The notes below the pieces were generated by a model that saw nothing but the letters and a program-made list of their open reading frames with translations, ran no database searches and had not been told where the DNA came from. A stretch of 64,000 bases of DNA, from positions 2,542,001-2,606,000 of the forward strand of contig CM060734.1 of NCBI GenBank assembly GCA_030704615.1, in the 5' to 3' direction. The position numbers were made by a program, and so were the translations under genes. This document shows, piece after piece, positions 26,301 through 39,809 of this stretch; positions within the stretch are counted from its first letter, which is position 1, and every line of letters starts with the position of its first letter. This DNA comes from Takakia lepidozioides. Its lineage: Eukaryota > Plantae > Bryophyta.

Positions 26301-29300
26301 TGAGATATCAATCAGCTTGTTAGGTCTCAGAAGAAATTATACTGGGACAAGTTATACAGTGAAATAAACTCAAACTACCATGGTGGTAATGACAAGAAAT
26401 TCTGGTTGGCCCTTCAACGTTTGTACAAACCGAAAAACGGTCAGCAAGTACAAGCGCTGAAGACTACTAAAGGTGCAGTGGTGACTTCATCGGTTGACTT
26501 TGTCAAAACCTTAAACTCACTACAGTATCCTTGGCAGAACTTCTAGGTCTAACAGTGAGGGGTCTTCTGCTGAATGGAGGGACACAGTTGGAAAAACTGT
26601 TCCTATGATTCAAAACAGCCCTGATGAACTGGAGTATATTTCAATGGCTTATAATGCTCCCATTAGTTCTTCTGAGATTGTGGAAGCAATTGAACATTTA
26701 AATGGATATAAAGCTGGTGGACCTGATGGTATTGTCAACGAGCTTATCAAGCACGGTGGCGATCCCATGATAGAGGCCCTAGTTCTCCTCTTTAACCTTA
26801 TCTGGAAGACTGAAATGATCCCCTTTCGCTGGCGAAAGGGGGTCATTGTCAATCTATACAAGAAGGGTGACAGAGAAGAACCGGGGAACTACCGTGGCAT
26901 CACGCTCCTCAATGCTGTTGGCAAGACATTCTGCAGAGTTATAAGTACTCGTCTCGAGGTTGATCTGGAGTCTAGAGGTTGTTTCCACGAAGGCCAAGCT
27001 GGCTTTCGGCGAAACAGGGGCTGTGTGGATCATATCTTCACTCTAAGCCAGATTATCCAGGGAAGGAAAAAAGAAGGGAAACCCACTTATGTCTTTTTCC
27101 TGGATGTCAAAAAGGCTTATGACACAGTGTGGAGAGATGGCCTATGGTTACGCCTCTGGTCTTGTGGGATCAAGGGAAAGATGTGGAGAGTTGTCCACAA
27201 CTTGTATGCTCACACCAAAAGCTGTGTCACTGTTAACGGACAGAAGTCCAACTTCTTTGACATAGACCAAGGTGTAGCTCAAGGATGTACTCTCTCCCCT
27301 CTGCTCTTCAATGTTTTCATCAATCAACTCCTCGAGGATGTGGAAAGTGAGGGATTTGGGTTAAAAGTGGGTGATACCACCATACCAGCCCTTATGTTTG
27401 CGGATGACTTCGCAGGCATAGGGGAGACTCCAACCAATCTCCAGGAGTTGATTGATTGCGCGAAGAGATACTTTGATCTTTGGGGGCTAGAGGCTAATGT
27501 CAGCAAATGTGCAGTGGTAGCATTCAACGACAGAGGAGAGGGAGGAAGTGATCTTAAGTGGCAGTGGGGTAGCCAAGAGATCCCGGTCCTCCCTTCCTAC
27601 ACTTACCTGGGTGTTGAGTTCTCCTCCAATTGTAATTGGGATGCACATATCCGGAAAGTTGTTCAAACTGGCAAGGGCAAAGCTCTGGGGCTCACTAAAT
27701 TTTTCCACTGCAGAGGGGTCAACTCTGAGGTCAAGAAAACCATGCTTTGTCGCGTTATTAGACCTGCCTTGGAGTACGGATCTGCTATATGGGTTGATAA
27801 CTCCAACCAGGCTAAGTCTCTAGAATCCATTCAAGTGGGGGTGCTTAAGGAGTGTATGTCAGCATGCTCCAAAACAGCCAATGTGGCTGTTCGGGGTGAG
27901 TTTGGCATTCCGTCCTTAAGCTCCCGACGAGATGAATTCAAGGTCAGATGGTGGGGTCAGCTGCAACATATGCCCAACACCAGATATCCTAAGTTAATCG
28001 ACTCTATATCTTGGAAACAGGACCGCCCTGTCAAACAGGCTAAGTCCTGGCAGAAGAGAGTAGAAGAGATCCTCAAGGACCTGGACCTGGATCCGCAAGT
28101 CTTGACCCTGCTGGATAAATCTGACTTAGAGGCTGTCGTGTCCTCAGCCATGTCTGTTGCCATGAGATTGTCTGATGAAAATGAAGTTAGGCAGAAAACT
28201 TCCCTGAACTTGTTTCCAGTCTGTGACGTGGGGGAGGACATCTTGGATGACCTCAAGGGTCTACCCACTCTCGGCACTAGACTGAAATTTAAACTCAGGG
28301 CAGGAAGCCTACCTTTGAACAGCAAACAGAAGCAGAGAGGAAAGGGAGAGTGCAATTGCCCGTTGTGTGGGCAATCTGAAGACAGTATTCATTTTCTGAT
28401 ACACTGTCCGGGGTTCTCTCACCAAAGAGACGCTCTCTTCAAATCTATTAAGGGAATTGTGCCTGTACCCCTGTTTACCAACTTTGAAAGTCTCGAGGCT
28501 GAGCCAAAAGCCCAGGCCCTCCTGAGGCCTAGTTTTTGGGCAAATCACACACAGCAGATTGATGCTTGTGTGAAGGGATTTCTAGAGGATATCTGGAAAA
28601 CCCGGATTAATTCTTTATATGGGGTAAGTCTTACTACCAACGTCAGCCCCTGACAGAGGTAGGTTCTGTCCCTTTTGTTCCCGCTCAAACTGGGCGCGGG
28701 GTCAATGGCCACAAGGCTACGGCAAACAACGTCTTATGAGTACAATCTTACCATACCATATCTCCATAACATGGGAAACGTCGGATAAACTGGTTGGAGA
28801 TTTCATTGGTTATAAATGGGCAGGTAAGATGTGTACTCTCAAGGCAGCCTCTGCCAAACGCGGTCAAAAAGGGGTTGGATTCTTTGTCTGTGATTTCTTG
28901 TTTGACAATTGTGAAATTATCAACTAGGGTTTGAGGTACGAGCATAGTATCTGGCTAAAGCTGAAACTGAAGGGTGGCATGAGTACGAAGGACCTCTTTG
29001 TGGGTTGTGTTTACATGCCCACAGAGTGGACCCTTAGTGCTGACGCAGACAAAGCCTTCGAAGATGTAAAGCTAGACTGTGCTTCGTTCCTTGCCAAAGG
29101 TCAGGTGATTTTATTGGGTGACTTCAATGCCCGGGTGGGTAAAGGTCTCCATCAGGATGATATCATTGGGCCTTTTGGTGAGGACGAGCTGAACTCTAAT
29201 GGGAGACGGTTAATTAACTGTCTGGAAGAGCTTCAGCTTCCGGCCTTGAACAATAGGGCAAAAGGTGACCAAGTGCAGTGGACTCGCGAGAAAGCCCAAA

Positions 29301-32300
29301 CTGGGGAACGTTCCATTGTGGATTATATCATAATGGACAAAAATTTGTTTCCCCAGAGTGCCAATGTGTTGATCGACAGAACTGATATTGGTACCTCTGA
29401 CCACTTCCTTGTTTGGACTGAGATCAAAAGGTGTTTTCCCAACACCAAGAGATCTGTGAAACGTTCGATTCGGAAGTGGCGCATAGAAAAATTCCATAAT
29501 GAAGAGGTCAAGGCTGAGTATGTCCAGGCCTTGCAAGAGGCTCTTCCTCATTTTGTCTATTCGCTCCAAGACCTTCAGTCTCGCGCTGACAATGCAAGAA
29601 ATGAAGTCGAAAGAGCAGTGGATTCTTGGGAGAGTTTCGTCTCCTCTGCGGCTGACAAGATCATTGGGAGGAAACTAATTGTCTGCGGTAGAGCTGTTAA
29701 TTGGTGGACCAATGAGATTAAACTCAAGATAGCTGAGAGACGAGTCCTTTATAAAGAGTGCTGTAAGGGCTCAGAAGAAATTATACTGGGACAAGTTATA
29801 CAGTGAAATAAACTCAAACCACCATGGTGGTAATGACAAGAGATTCTGGTTGGCCCTTCAACGCTTGTACAAGCCGAAAAGCTGTCAGCAAGTACAAGCG
29901 CTGAAGACTACTAAGGGTGCAGTGGTAACTTCATCGGTTGACATTGTCAAAACCTTTGAAACCCACTACAGTATCCTTGGCAGAACTTCTAGGTCTAACA
30001 GTGAGGGGTCCTCTGATGAATGGAAGGACACAGTTGGTAAGACTGTTCCTATGATTCAACAGCCCTGATGATCTGGAGTATATTTCAAAAGCCTACAACG
30101 CTCCCATTAGTTCTTCTGAGATTGTGGAAGCAATTGAACATCTAAATGGATATAAAGCAGGTGGTCCTGATGGCGTAGTCAACGAGCTTATCAAGCACGG
30201 TGGCGATCCCATGATAGAGGCCCTAGTTCTCCTCTTTAACCTTATCTGGAAGACTGAAATGATCCCCTTTCGCTGGCGACAGGGGGTCATTGTCAATCTA
30301 TATAAGAAGGGTGACAGAGAAGACCCGGGGAACTATCGTGGCATCACGCTCCTCAATGCTGTTGGCAAGATATTTTGCAGAGTTATAAGTACTCGTCTCG
30401 AGGTTGATCTGGAATCTAGAGGTTGTTTTCACGAAGGCCAAGCTGGCTTTCGGCGAAACAGGGGCTGTGTGGACCATATCTTCACTCTAAGCCAGATTAT
30501 CCAGGGAAGGAAAAAAGCAGGGAAACCCACTTATGCTTTTTTCTTGGATGTCAAAAAGGCTTATGACACAGTGTGGAGAGATGGTCTATGGCTCCGTCTC
30601 TGGTCTTGCGGAATCAAGGGAAAATGTGGAGAGTTGTCCATAACTTGTATGCTCACACCAAAAGCTGTGTCACTGTTAATGGACAGAAGTCTAACTTCTT
30701 TGACATAGACCAAGGTGTCGCTCAAGGATGTACCCTCTCCCCTCTGCTCTTCAATGTTTTCATCAATCAACTCCTCGAGGACATGGAACGTGAGGGACTT
30801 GGGTTAAGGGTGGGTGATGCCACCATTCCAGCCCTTATGTTTGCGGATGACTTCGCAGGCATAGGGGAGACTCCTTCCAACCTCCAGGAATTGATTGATT
30901 GCGCGAATACTTTGATCTTTGGGGGGCTAGAGGCTAATGTCAGTAAATGTGCAGTGGTGGCATTCAACGACAGAGGAGAGGGAGGAAGTGATCTTAAGTG
31001 GCAGTGGGGTAGCCAAGAGATTCCAGTCCTCTCCGGGCGTTGAGTTTTCCTCCAACTGTAACTGGGATGCACATATCCAGAAAGTTGTTCAAACTGGCAA
31101 GGGCAAAGCGCTGAGTCTCACTAAATTTTTAAACTGCAGAGGGATTAACTCTGAGGTCAAGAAAACCTTGCTTCGCCGCGTTATTAGACCTGCCTTGGAG
31201 TACGGATCTGCTATATGGGTTGATAACTCCAACCAGGCTAAGTCTCTAGAATCCATTCAAGTGGGGGTGCTTAAGGAGTGCATGTCAGCATGCTCCAAAA
31301 CAGCCAATGTGGCTGTTCGGGGTGAGTTTGGCATCCCTTCCTTAAGCTCCCGACGAGATGAATTCAAGGTCAGATGGTGGGGTCAGTTGCAACACATGTC
31401 CAACACCAGATACCCTAAGTTAATCGACTCTATATCTTGGAAACAGGACCGCCCTGTCAAACAGGCTAAGTCCTGGCAGAAGACAGTAGAAGAGATTCTC
31501 AAGGATCTGAATCTGGACCCGCAAGTCTTGACCTTGCTGGATAAATCTGACTTAGAGACTGTAGTGTCCAAAGCCATGTCTGTTACCAGTAAATTGTCTG
31601 AGGCAAATGAAGTTAGGCAGAAAACTTCCCTGAATCTGTTTCCAGTCTGTGACATGGGGGAGGATATCATGGATGACCTCAAGGGTCTACCCACTCTCGG
31701 CACCAGACTGAAATTTAGACTCAGGGCAGGAAGCCTACCTTTGAACAGTAAACAGAAGCAGAGAGGAAAGGGAGAGTGCAATTGCCCGTTGTGTGGGCAA
31801 CCCGAAGACAATATTCATTTTCTGATTCACTGTCCGGGGTACTCTCACCAGAGAGAAGCTCTCCTCCAATCTATCAAGAGAATTGTGCCTGTACCTCTGT
31901 TTACCAACTTTGAAAGTCTTGAGGCTGAGCCAAAAGCCCAGGCCCTTCTGAGGCCTACTTTTTGGGCAAATCACACACAGCAAATTGATGCTTGTGTGAA
32001 GGGATTTCTAGAGGATATCTGGAAAACCCGAATCAATTCTTTGTATAAAGGTAAGTCTTACTACCAATGTCAGCCCCTGACAGAGGCAGGTTCTGTCCCT
32101 TTGGTTTCCGCTCAAACTGGGCGCGGGGTCAATGGCCAAGAGGCTACGGCAAACAACGTCTTATGAGTACATTCTTACCATATCTTCCACTCAAACTGGG
32201 CGCGGGGTCAAGGGCCACAAGGCTACGGCAAACAACATCTTATGAGTACATTCTCTCTTACCATATCAAGGTCAGATGATGGGGTCAGCTGCAACATATG

Positions 32301-34778
32301 TCTAATATCAGATATCCTAAGTTAATCGACTCTACATCTTGGAAGCAGGGTCGCCCTGTCAAACAGGCTAAGTCCTGGCGGAAGAGAGTAGAAGAGATTC
32401 TCAAGGATCTGAATCTAACCCCGCAAGTCTTGACCCTGCTGGATAAATCTGACTTAGAGGCTGTAGTGTCGAAAGTCAATGTGAATGGAAAGTCAATGTC
32501 TGTTGCCAGGAAATTGTATGATAAGAATGAAGTTAGGCAGAAAACTTCCCTGAACTTGTTGCCAGTCTGTGACATGGGAGACGCCATCATGGATGACCTC
32601 AAGGGTTTACCCACCCTTAGCACTAGACTGAAATTTAAACTCAGGGCGGGAAGCCTATCTTTAAGCAGCAAACAGATGCAGAGAGGAAAGAGGGATTGCA
32701 ATTGCCCGTTGTGTGGGCAACCTGAAGACAATATTCATTTTCTGATTCATTGTCCTGGGTACTCTCACGCAAGAGACGCCCTCTTCAAATCCATCAAGGG
32801 AATTGTGTCTGAACCTCTGTTTACCAACTTTGAAAGTCTCGAGGCTAGCCGAAAGCCCAGGCCCTTTACGGGCCTAGTTATTGGGCCAACCACACACAGC
32901 AGATTGATGCTTGTGTGAAGGGATTTCTAGAAGATATCTGGAAAACTCGGATTAATTGTCTGTTCCAAGGCAAGTCATACTACCGGCGTCAGCCCCTGAC
33001 AAAGGTAGTTTCTGTCCCTTTGTGTTCCGCTCAAACTGAGCGCGGGGTCAATGGCCACAAGGCTACGGCAAACAACGTCTTATGAGTACATTCTCTTACC
33101 AGGCTCAGGGTCTACATTTGACAAGGCTGCAGTAAGTTACTTGGCAACTTTATCTCCCATTTAATCCTTGGATGACAATACAATGATACTTATCTTACAA
33201 GCCCACTCACTCTTCAATGTCACATTCATATTGATCACTGACCCGACTACATCCACATCACCAAACAGGACATCATGATAGAGTGACGTCAAACTCTGTT
33301 GTGAATTGTCTTACAGCTGAAAGCAGGATCGTTACACTTGGACATGCATGTCTCTCTATCTGAAGCAAGCCCACTAGGAAGAAGGAGAACCTCCAGCCTT
33401 GCTACCTCCCGGACTGCCCCAAGACACTCTAATACACCAGACAAAAAGTGTAGACATCCTTGCTAAGAGACCATGTGATTATTCATACTAATCATTTGCT
33501 CAACTCAAGCATCAAGGTCACTAAAATAGACAAGACATCATTCCCATAGGTGTGCAGCACATACACCAACAAGGCCAGTGGATGCCCAGAGCACGATCAA
33601 AGCAGCAAAGCCCAGTCCTCCAATTGCAAGCTTGTCATCCACCTTGTCCCACTGCACCAATTGAGAGCTATCATTCAACATTGACCTCAACAGACTCACA
33701 ACCTTTGTCAGAGTCGTTGTTAAAGCACATCTACCATGATATACCTTCACCGGGGGTCCTCCAAATAGATAATATCAACTCCTTTCAAAAACATCTAATC
33801 CAGCATTCTCCATCGTAGCTGTTTGATGAAGGTCGGCCTGTCGAATTGAATCTTGAAAACACCTGGATGCTCTTGAAACCACTTGGATGCTAGAGACTTC
33901 ATTAGCATGCAATAGCTGAATGGAATGAAATTCAACTTCTAGCAAGTAGATTGTACCATGTGAAGTAAAACAGCTTACCGCCTCCTGTACACTCTTCACT
34001 GCATTGTCTAGAACTTTGGAAGCATCGGTCTCTTCTGTCTCTGACACCTTCGCCGAACCAACTGACAGAGGCCTCTTAGATCCTGCAAATCAGATTCAAG
34101 CTGATTAGATGAGTGCAAGAGGACATGAACTACAAGAGTACCAGACGGGATAGTACACAGCACATAAAACAAGCAGAGCATACAAAATTGTGGAAGTACT
34201 ATCTTGAAAGCCTTGGTAATTGCCAACCGCAGTGCAAGCTCAGGATCACCTCGAATACAAACTGCAGGGGCTTAAGGATATCTCTATATGCGGTAGTACT
34301 TTTAAAAATTTATATCACAGAATTTCGGCAATACTCCATAATGTGGACACCTTCAAGCACACGCGACAACGGCTACAATGCGATGACGCAAAGCAGACAC
34401 GGGAAGACTAATAGGTCAAAGCCACCAGATCTAACTGTGAGGTGAAAATTGAGAAAGTGGAAACTGTAAGTGCAGCAACAGGATGAGACTCTCTGTCTCT
34501 GAGGGTTTGGAACTGTCCTTAATCCTTCACCAAAGCACAGATTACGGTTTCAGGAAGAGACGAAGATGAAGAGAAGGCAGTCTCAGGACAGGGCATCTAC
34601 CTGTTCCAAGTCTGGAAGTGTCCACGAACAGAGGGCCGGAAAGAGAGGAATACGAGGATCGCATAAGGCAAGCCGACCGGAGCGCAGGGTATGCAGATAC
34701 ACGCTCAGCATGCGCTCTAGGTGCTGAAATCACATTGCCGACTGTGAGCGACGGCACGTAAGCTGATGTAGACGCCAT
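23360..34778 (-). CDS. CURT1: CURVATURE THYLAKOID 1 (CAAD domain) protein, CURT1B-like, 174 aa, 6 exons
   Basis: Exons 34778-34601, 34082-33979, 33651-33565, 23891-23829, 23677-23640, 23414-23360. All introns are GT-AG and phase-consistent (525 nt total). Transit-peptide-like start MASTSAYV, then WDKVDDKLAIGGLGFAALIVLWASTGLVG-AIDKLPFIPDFFEFVGILFSG-WFVYRYLLFKPDR-EELLKLIEDAKSKVTGQ*. Confidence 0.95.
24014..28750 (+). mobile_element. LINE copy 1, near full length (APE endonuclease, RT, C-terminal CCHC; RTE/RTEX-like)
   Basis: APE motifs ATFN, GQET, LGDFNA, DYI, SDH. RT motifs QAGFR, FLDVKKAYD, GVAQG, FADD, YLG. CPLC..EDSIHFLIHC at the C-terminus. ORF broken at about 26305-26600. Confidence 0.95.
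24800..25170 (+). repeat. Three ~40-codon in-frame repeats upstream of the LINE endonuclease
   Basis: FGTLNGLPILKVYTRR.(N/K)S.HGV.VP occurs three times. Confidence 0.9.
28768..32180 (+). mobile_element. LINE copy 2, 5'-truncated within the endonuclease, frameshifted
   Basis: Highly similar to 25356-28750; ORF pieces 28931-29806, 30124-30708, 30573-31043, 30937-32166. Confidence 0.95.
32188..32263 (+). mobile_element. LINE copy 3, 3'-terminal ~70 bp only
   Basis: ctcaaactgggcgcggggtca...ttatgagtacattctctcttacca. Confidence 0.85.
32266..33101 (+). mobile_element. LINE copy 4, 3' ~830 bp
   Basis: Homologous to 27937-28750, more diverged; ends tatgagtacattctcttacca. Confidence 0.92.
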
Positions 34779-36585
34779 GGCCAGAGCAGACCACGGACCA
34801 GTGCGTAGCAAGAATGCGCACAGCGTCTCAAAGGTGCTGCTGTGAGTGCGCTGGGGGGATAGCCAGGCCACCGGCTACCCCGGTTCTCACATATCCAATT
34901 GCGATATTAGACAAGGGTTTAGTTTCCGGCCTGCATCAGCAACCACACTATCACTCCCACCAACCAGATTTTTCATCTTGATTGGTAGAGCGGGACCGCA
35001 GCCGGTGGACGAGGACCGGCAGGTGGCGGCTGAAGTGCCAAGTGAGTAGCATCCACGAATGCCAATGGCGAGCGCCCGCTTGCTGCACGCTATCCGCCCT
35101 GCCTTTTAGTCGTTTATGGTATACTAAGAGCAGAATGGTTAAGGATTAGTATGGCGCTATGTTCTAGATCCTCCCGCAGTTCCTGTTTTGCGGAAGCTGT
35201 GTGGCAGTGCTCCTCGACCCCTGAGCTTCCTTTGACAGTGCCAGGACGGCGTGGCCCATAACGCAGTGTCTTTTGGTCCCCGCTCCTTTTTGTCCTCTGT
35301 GCTTCTCGATTTCTCGCTCGTCCCTACCCCAGGGCTTCTGGGGTAAGAAGGAAAACATAAAATATATATATAAACAAAAAAATTGGCTAAAATTTGAGCA
35401 AAACGTCATCACTATTGAATGAGGATTATCTCACAGGTCACCGGTTTGGATCCACAATGGATGCTTGGCTAAAAATTTTGTACTTTGATTTTGTCTGAAA
35501 GCAATTAATTTTTTCAGAGCCATTCAAACCTCATTTTTATTTAAAATAAATATTTGATTATAATAAAGAAAATATGATTGATTTTGGAATTAAAACAACA
35601 TAATAATATTATTTAACGATCCCTCTTAAGGACCTTTGGTGTTATCTTTAGGTAGATGGAAAGGCGAGTGCTGAAGGACTTGAAATTTGAACTGACCACC
35701 CCTACTACCAAGAGCTTCCTCCGGTGAGGAAAAATGTCTCAATCGAAATTCATTAAAAGGGCGAACAAATGGTTCTCCATCCAAATGATTTTTGTTTCTT
35801 TTCAATGTTTGCCAGCACGTTCTACATACCCTCAAACAGGTCCAGGACAAGTTGGGATCAATCAAAATATGCTTGAATCTGCTTCGGGAAGTACTATACA
35901 AGAAGCTCATATAAGATATTGATGTTGGCGTAGAGGGAAAGACTCTCGACTTGCATCACTCGTCTTTGTGGCAAACCCAGCCAGCCATTTCTTCGCATGC
36001 AACCCCGGAAAGCACCAGAGCCAAATAACTTTGATCAAGAACGTTTACAGCCTTGCATGCTGCTGATTTTTCAAGGTGGTGGCAGCAAATCCGCTATCAC
36101 TGATTGTGTAAGCCTTTACATGGCACAGGCTGCCCGCAAGTCCTGGATTGTTCACATAGACCAAAGCATGTCGTGTAGTGAGCTGGGCCCCTTCTTCTGT
36201 CTTCAAGGGACCGGCAGTTTCAGATGGCACCAATTAATGCCTAGATTGTCATCCTTCCCTGCTCCCTTTTATTCAGATTCGCAATCTGCACATTATCTAT
36301 TAAATTTGGCCTGAGTCGGCTCTTCCTTTCACCACGATCCTCAAGCTCGGCTTGTCCTGGTTCTCCATTTTAAAATACTATTATGTATTGACAAGAACAA
36401 CCTCCATGGAGTTTGCCAAACTGGTGTTAAACTATTCCCCCAAGACCAAGAAAATCATACGACGTCACCGTTGCAGCCACTGGACAGACCACCTTCTTGC
36501 TACATTCATGCCCGCATACTCTATTGGAGCGAACTGATGAGATCCCTGTCACTTATCAGACCTCCGCGCTACCCGCATGCCACCA

Positions 36586-36640
36586 GGGGGTGCTATTCCG
36601 TGAGCCTGGAGGCGTGAGCCTGGAGGCGTGAGCCTGTCTT
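36586..36640 (+). repeat. TIR-like block of the MULE family (outer part)
   Basis: gggggtgctattccgtgagcctgg with cgtgagcctg three times; resembles the element end gggatgcctcggcgtgagcctgg at 38791. Confidence 0.6.
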
Positions 36641-36999
36641 GTGCAGGAGTCCGTGTGCTTCCACTGACCCTCCAGGGCTATCACACCTTTTTGGACTTGT
36701 TTCAAGTCCTCCTCAGTCTTACATGTTGCCCGTCTATGCGGAGGCACTCGCAGCAAGCATGTCCGTTCATGGCACTCGCAGTCCAACCATCGACGGCCGT
36801 GGTAGAAGATGTGGTATTGGGGCCGGAATCTTTGTGGATGACATAGCACAAGAGGTCGATTCTGTTTCTGATGACTGTGACACTTGATATCAAGTTCTCT
36901 TTTACTTTTATTTGGGGCCTATTTTGAAATGGGATGGTTGTGTGTCCTTGTTGTCTTGTTTGCAATGTGTGCGTGGGATGCAAATTCCTGGGAACAAAC

Positions 37000-37450
37000 T
37001 ATCGTTGGAGATGGGGTTGCATGGAGTGCCCGGATTGGTCCTTCAATCTCTTTGGTGTTTTCCCGAGCTCACAGGCTTGTGTGCATTGCATAAACAAACA
37101 AGTCTTTGGTTTGGGCAGTGCATTCTCGCATCATTTGCTTGTTGGTCTCCAGGCCATTCCTGCCAGAAGAATGCTTCGTAAATCCATCGCGTTAAAGTCC
37201 ACGTGATCAAAGATCGTTCAGGGTGGTGAGCATCCATGATGCTCCCACACATACCATACATGTTCGCAAGGGTGGTGAGTAAGAAAACATTTCACAGGGA
37301 TCCGCTTTGGATGATGTGAGTGTGCACCTGCTCACGATGTAGGCACATTCCAATGCAAGGGCTTGGTATGTTAATAATGTCTAAATGGATGCAATGGATA
37401 GATACAATGGATGTAACACATCCAGTCTGCATTCCCTTGAAAGGGCTGAT
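37000..37450 (-). pseudogene. Degenerate PLS-type PPR fragment
   Basis: EQVHTHIIQSG..NVFLLTTLANMYGMCGSIMDA..PERSLITWT. Confidence 0.7.
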
Positions 37451-37454
37451 CAAC

Positions 37455-37545
37455 CCGCGGTAATAGGTGACACCCGCGGAAATAGGCCATGTATGCATGC
37501 TGACGTGGCGTGAGCCTGTGCTGGGCTCACGGGCTCCTGGGCTCG
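37455..37545. repeat. TIR-like block of the MULE family
   Basis: ccgcggtaatagg..ccgcggaaatagg..gctgacgtggcgtgagcc..gctcacg; same motif order as 49891-50101 and inverted relative to 60907-61047. Confidence 0.7.
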
Positions 37546-37676
37546 ACAAAAACCCATTTTGAATACAATGATGCAATGCACAAGTCCAATGAAGAGGTTG
37601 TCTCCCATGTGCACTTTGCCTTAAGAACAGTGATTCTGGGTATTGAAACAAGAATGCAAGCATCCACAGGTTGAAC

Positions 37677-38729
37677 TTACTCACAGGCAAAGTTGGAGTC
37701 CAGCTCCTTGTCGGACGTCTCCCCTGTATCAATATCACTGGGAAGGGGCTTCAGAAGGACTTGAGAAGTGTATCCACCCAAACCCATCAAGAGGTTCTTG
37801 TAAATCTCGACATCCCCTTCAATCCCGAAGAGATGTCGTGCACTGGCCTTGCAAGTGTGGTATGAAGCACCTGCAATGGAATAGAAGGAAGGAAACAAAC
37901 ATTGTAGACTCATTTGGAATGGTGGGAAGTGCTGAAAGTGCAAGCTCAAACAAACCCGATCATATGTGAATGCTGAAGAGACAAACCTGTGCCTATTGAC
38001 AAATCCAGAACTCTGGCATCGGTGTAGGTGCAGCACTCCACAATCGTTTGAATGAAAGTCGGGCTCCTCTCCCCTCTCCAAGGAACCCCATTCCCCCTTC
38101 GCAAGCACACGTTGCTGTCCACGTAGTTGTGGTGCATGTCATCTGTGGGAGGATCCGTCCTCTCGTCTATGAACTTGCCCCTATGAGTGATGGCAAACTC
38201 CCTAATGACGGCTGCAGTCATAGGTGGATGCACCCGGACGAGACAAACAACTTCAAACAGACGAGTCTGCGAACAGGACATCCACAAGGAACTAGAAAGC
38301 TTGAAAACCAGGCCCCTACATATTCATTTGAGCGACTTATGCAACACCATCCGAGAACCACCAAGAAGAGAAATAAGAAGGCAGATTTACCATCTCTCCT
38401 GGACGATCCTCTTTCGTCAGGTACATGTTGTTCACACAATTCCATGTCTTCACGACCCTCATACCGGAGGCTTTCAAATAGCTGGCAAATGCACAGCGAC
38501 AGCGAAGGTCGATGGACTGGATGAGCACCAAAACACCTGCATCGGACAGAAAGAAATTGCAAAAGGAGAAAACCCACCGCCAGTAGCGCTCATCAAAAGC
38601 ATTCCAACCTGGACAAGCACCCGCCGGAGGGACATCCGGGACTGGCAACCCATCAGGGATGTCCAAGATGATGAGTTCGGCTGCATATGGCTTCTCCTTC
38701 CCGTTCACCCAGGATTTGGTCATTTTAGC
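37677..38729 (-). pseudogene. Exons 7-9 (amino-MTase domain) of the outer element's ParB-MTase gene
   Basis: Exons 38729-38391, 38266-37987, 37870-37677. ELIILDIPDG, PWRGERSPTFIQTIVECCTYTDARVLDLSIGTG-ASYHTCKASARHLFGIEGD. Exon 7 and 9 lengths (339 and 194 nt) equal those of the inner copy. Confidence 0.9.
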
Positions 38730-38790
38730 CTGCAAACAAGCATGCAATGAAATGCTCAAGTGGATTGAAATGAGCCATGCCCACAACACA

Positions 38791-38972
38791 GGGATGCCTC
38801 GGCGTGAGCCTGGTCACGTGAGCGCGTGAGCGCAACTGCGCTCACGCCACGTCACCTTGCGCAAATGCCACGTCACGGGGCTCAGTCCACGTCATCACAC
38901 GTGAAGGCCGAGTCACCACGCACCCAGAAAGAAGTGGAGTGTATTCCCGCGGATTGGCACCCTTTACCGCGG
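38791..38972 (+). repeat. Left TIR
   Basis: gggatgcctc-ggcgtgagc..cacgtgag.gcg.gagcg..cgctcacgc..gccacgtca..ccgcgg..ttaccgcgg. Confidence 0.85.
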
Positions 38973-39809
38973 AAACAAGCTGGACGACATAATAAAAGGC
39001 ATTGAATAAAGGATGGATGAATGTACAGTTGGATGATAAACAGATGGATGAGTGTGAAAAATGTATGTAGATGGATGAATGACGGATGGATAAGAGTAAA
39101 ATGGATGAATGTATAATGGATGTTGAGCAATGACAAAAATTCATGACAGGAAGATGCATGACCAAATCTTTTGACGAATGCACAAAGTATATGAAATGAG
39201 TGTGGAAGGTTTGTGGGGTGGATTAAAGAGTACAGAGGATGAATGTACAATGGATATTGAACAAAGGAAAACATTCATGAATGGAGCACGCATGAATACA
39301 CTGTAGATGAAAGCACAATGGATATGAGAAGAGTGAGGGAGGTTTGTGAGATGGATTCATACATATTGCAATTTAAATGGTAGTTGATTCTTTGATTATT
39401 TTTCTTTCCAAAGGAACAACTACGGTGGAGGAAGGGGATTCAACGTTTTCCAGATAATATGAAAATGAATATTAAAAGAATACAGTTCAGTCTGACTCAG
39501 AGTCAGTACAATGTATCCCCTCTTCCTCTGCATCTAAGTCTAAGTATTTTAGAACACCGGATCCACGCTGGATACACCTACGGCTGGCCACTAAAAAGTC
39601 AGGGGATAGGGACTCGGCCGCGTGAAGTGCCATTGCTTCGGCATAAACAGGGAGCAGAAAATTGGAAAGGGGGCTGTCGACTCGCCAGAAATGATTGTAT
39701 CTCCTGAAGATCCACCGCTGGCTTTCCTGAAAGACAGCCTGAAAAAGTTATTACTGTAACTTTGATGTTATCGAGAAATTGAGTATGACTCCCAAAGAGG
39801 GTTTAGCAC

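Noticed and set aside
35420-35470. tRNA-like B-box (ggtttggatcc)
   Set aside because: No convincing A-box or cloverleaf.
37455-38972. 1.5-kb mini-element bounded by inverted CCGCGGTAA motifs
   Set aside because: No TSD; the motif at 38960-38972 is the inner end of the left TIR of the TSD-supported element.
38990-39360. GGAT/GAAT-rich stretch and ORFs 38842-39274
   Set aside because: Low-complexity subterminal sequence with no coding signal.
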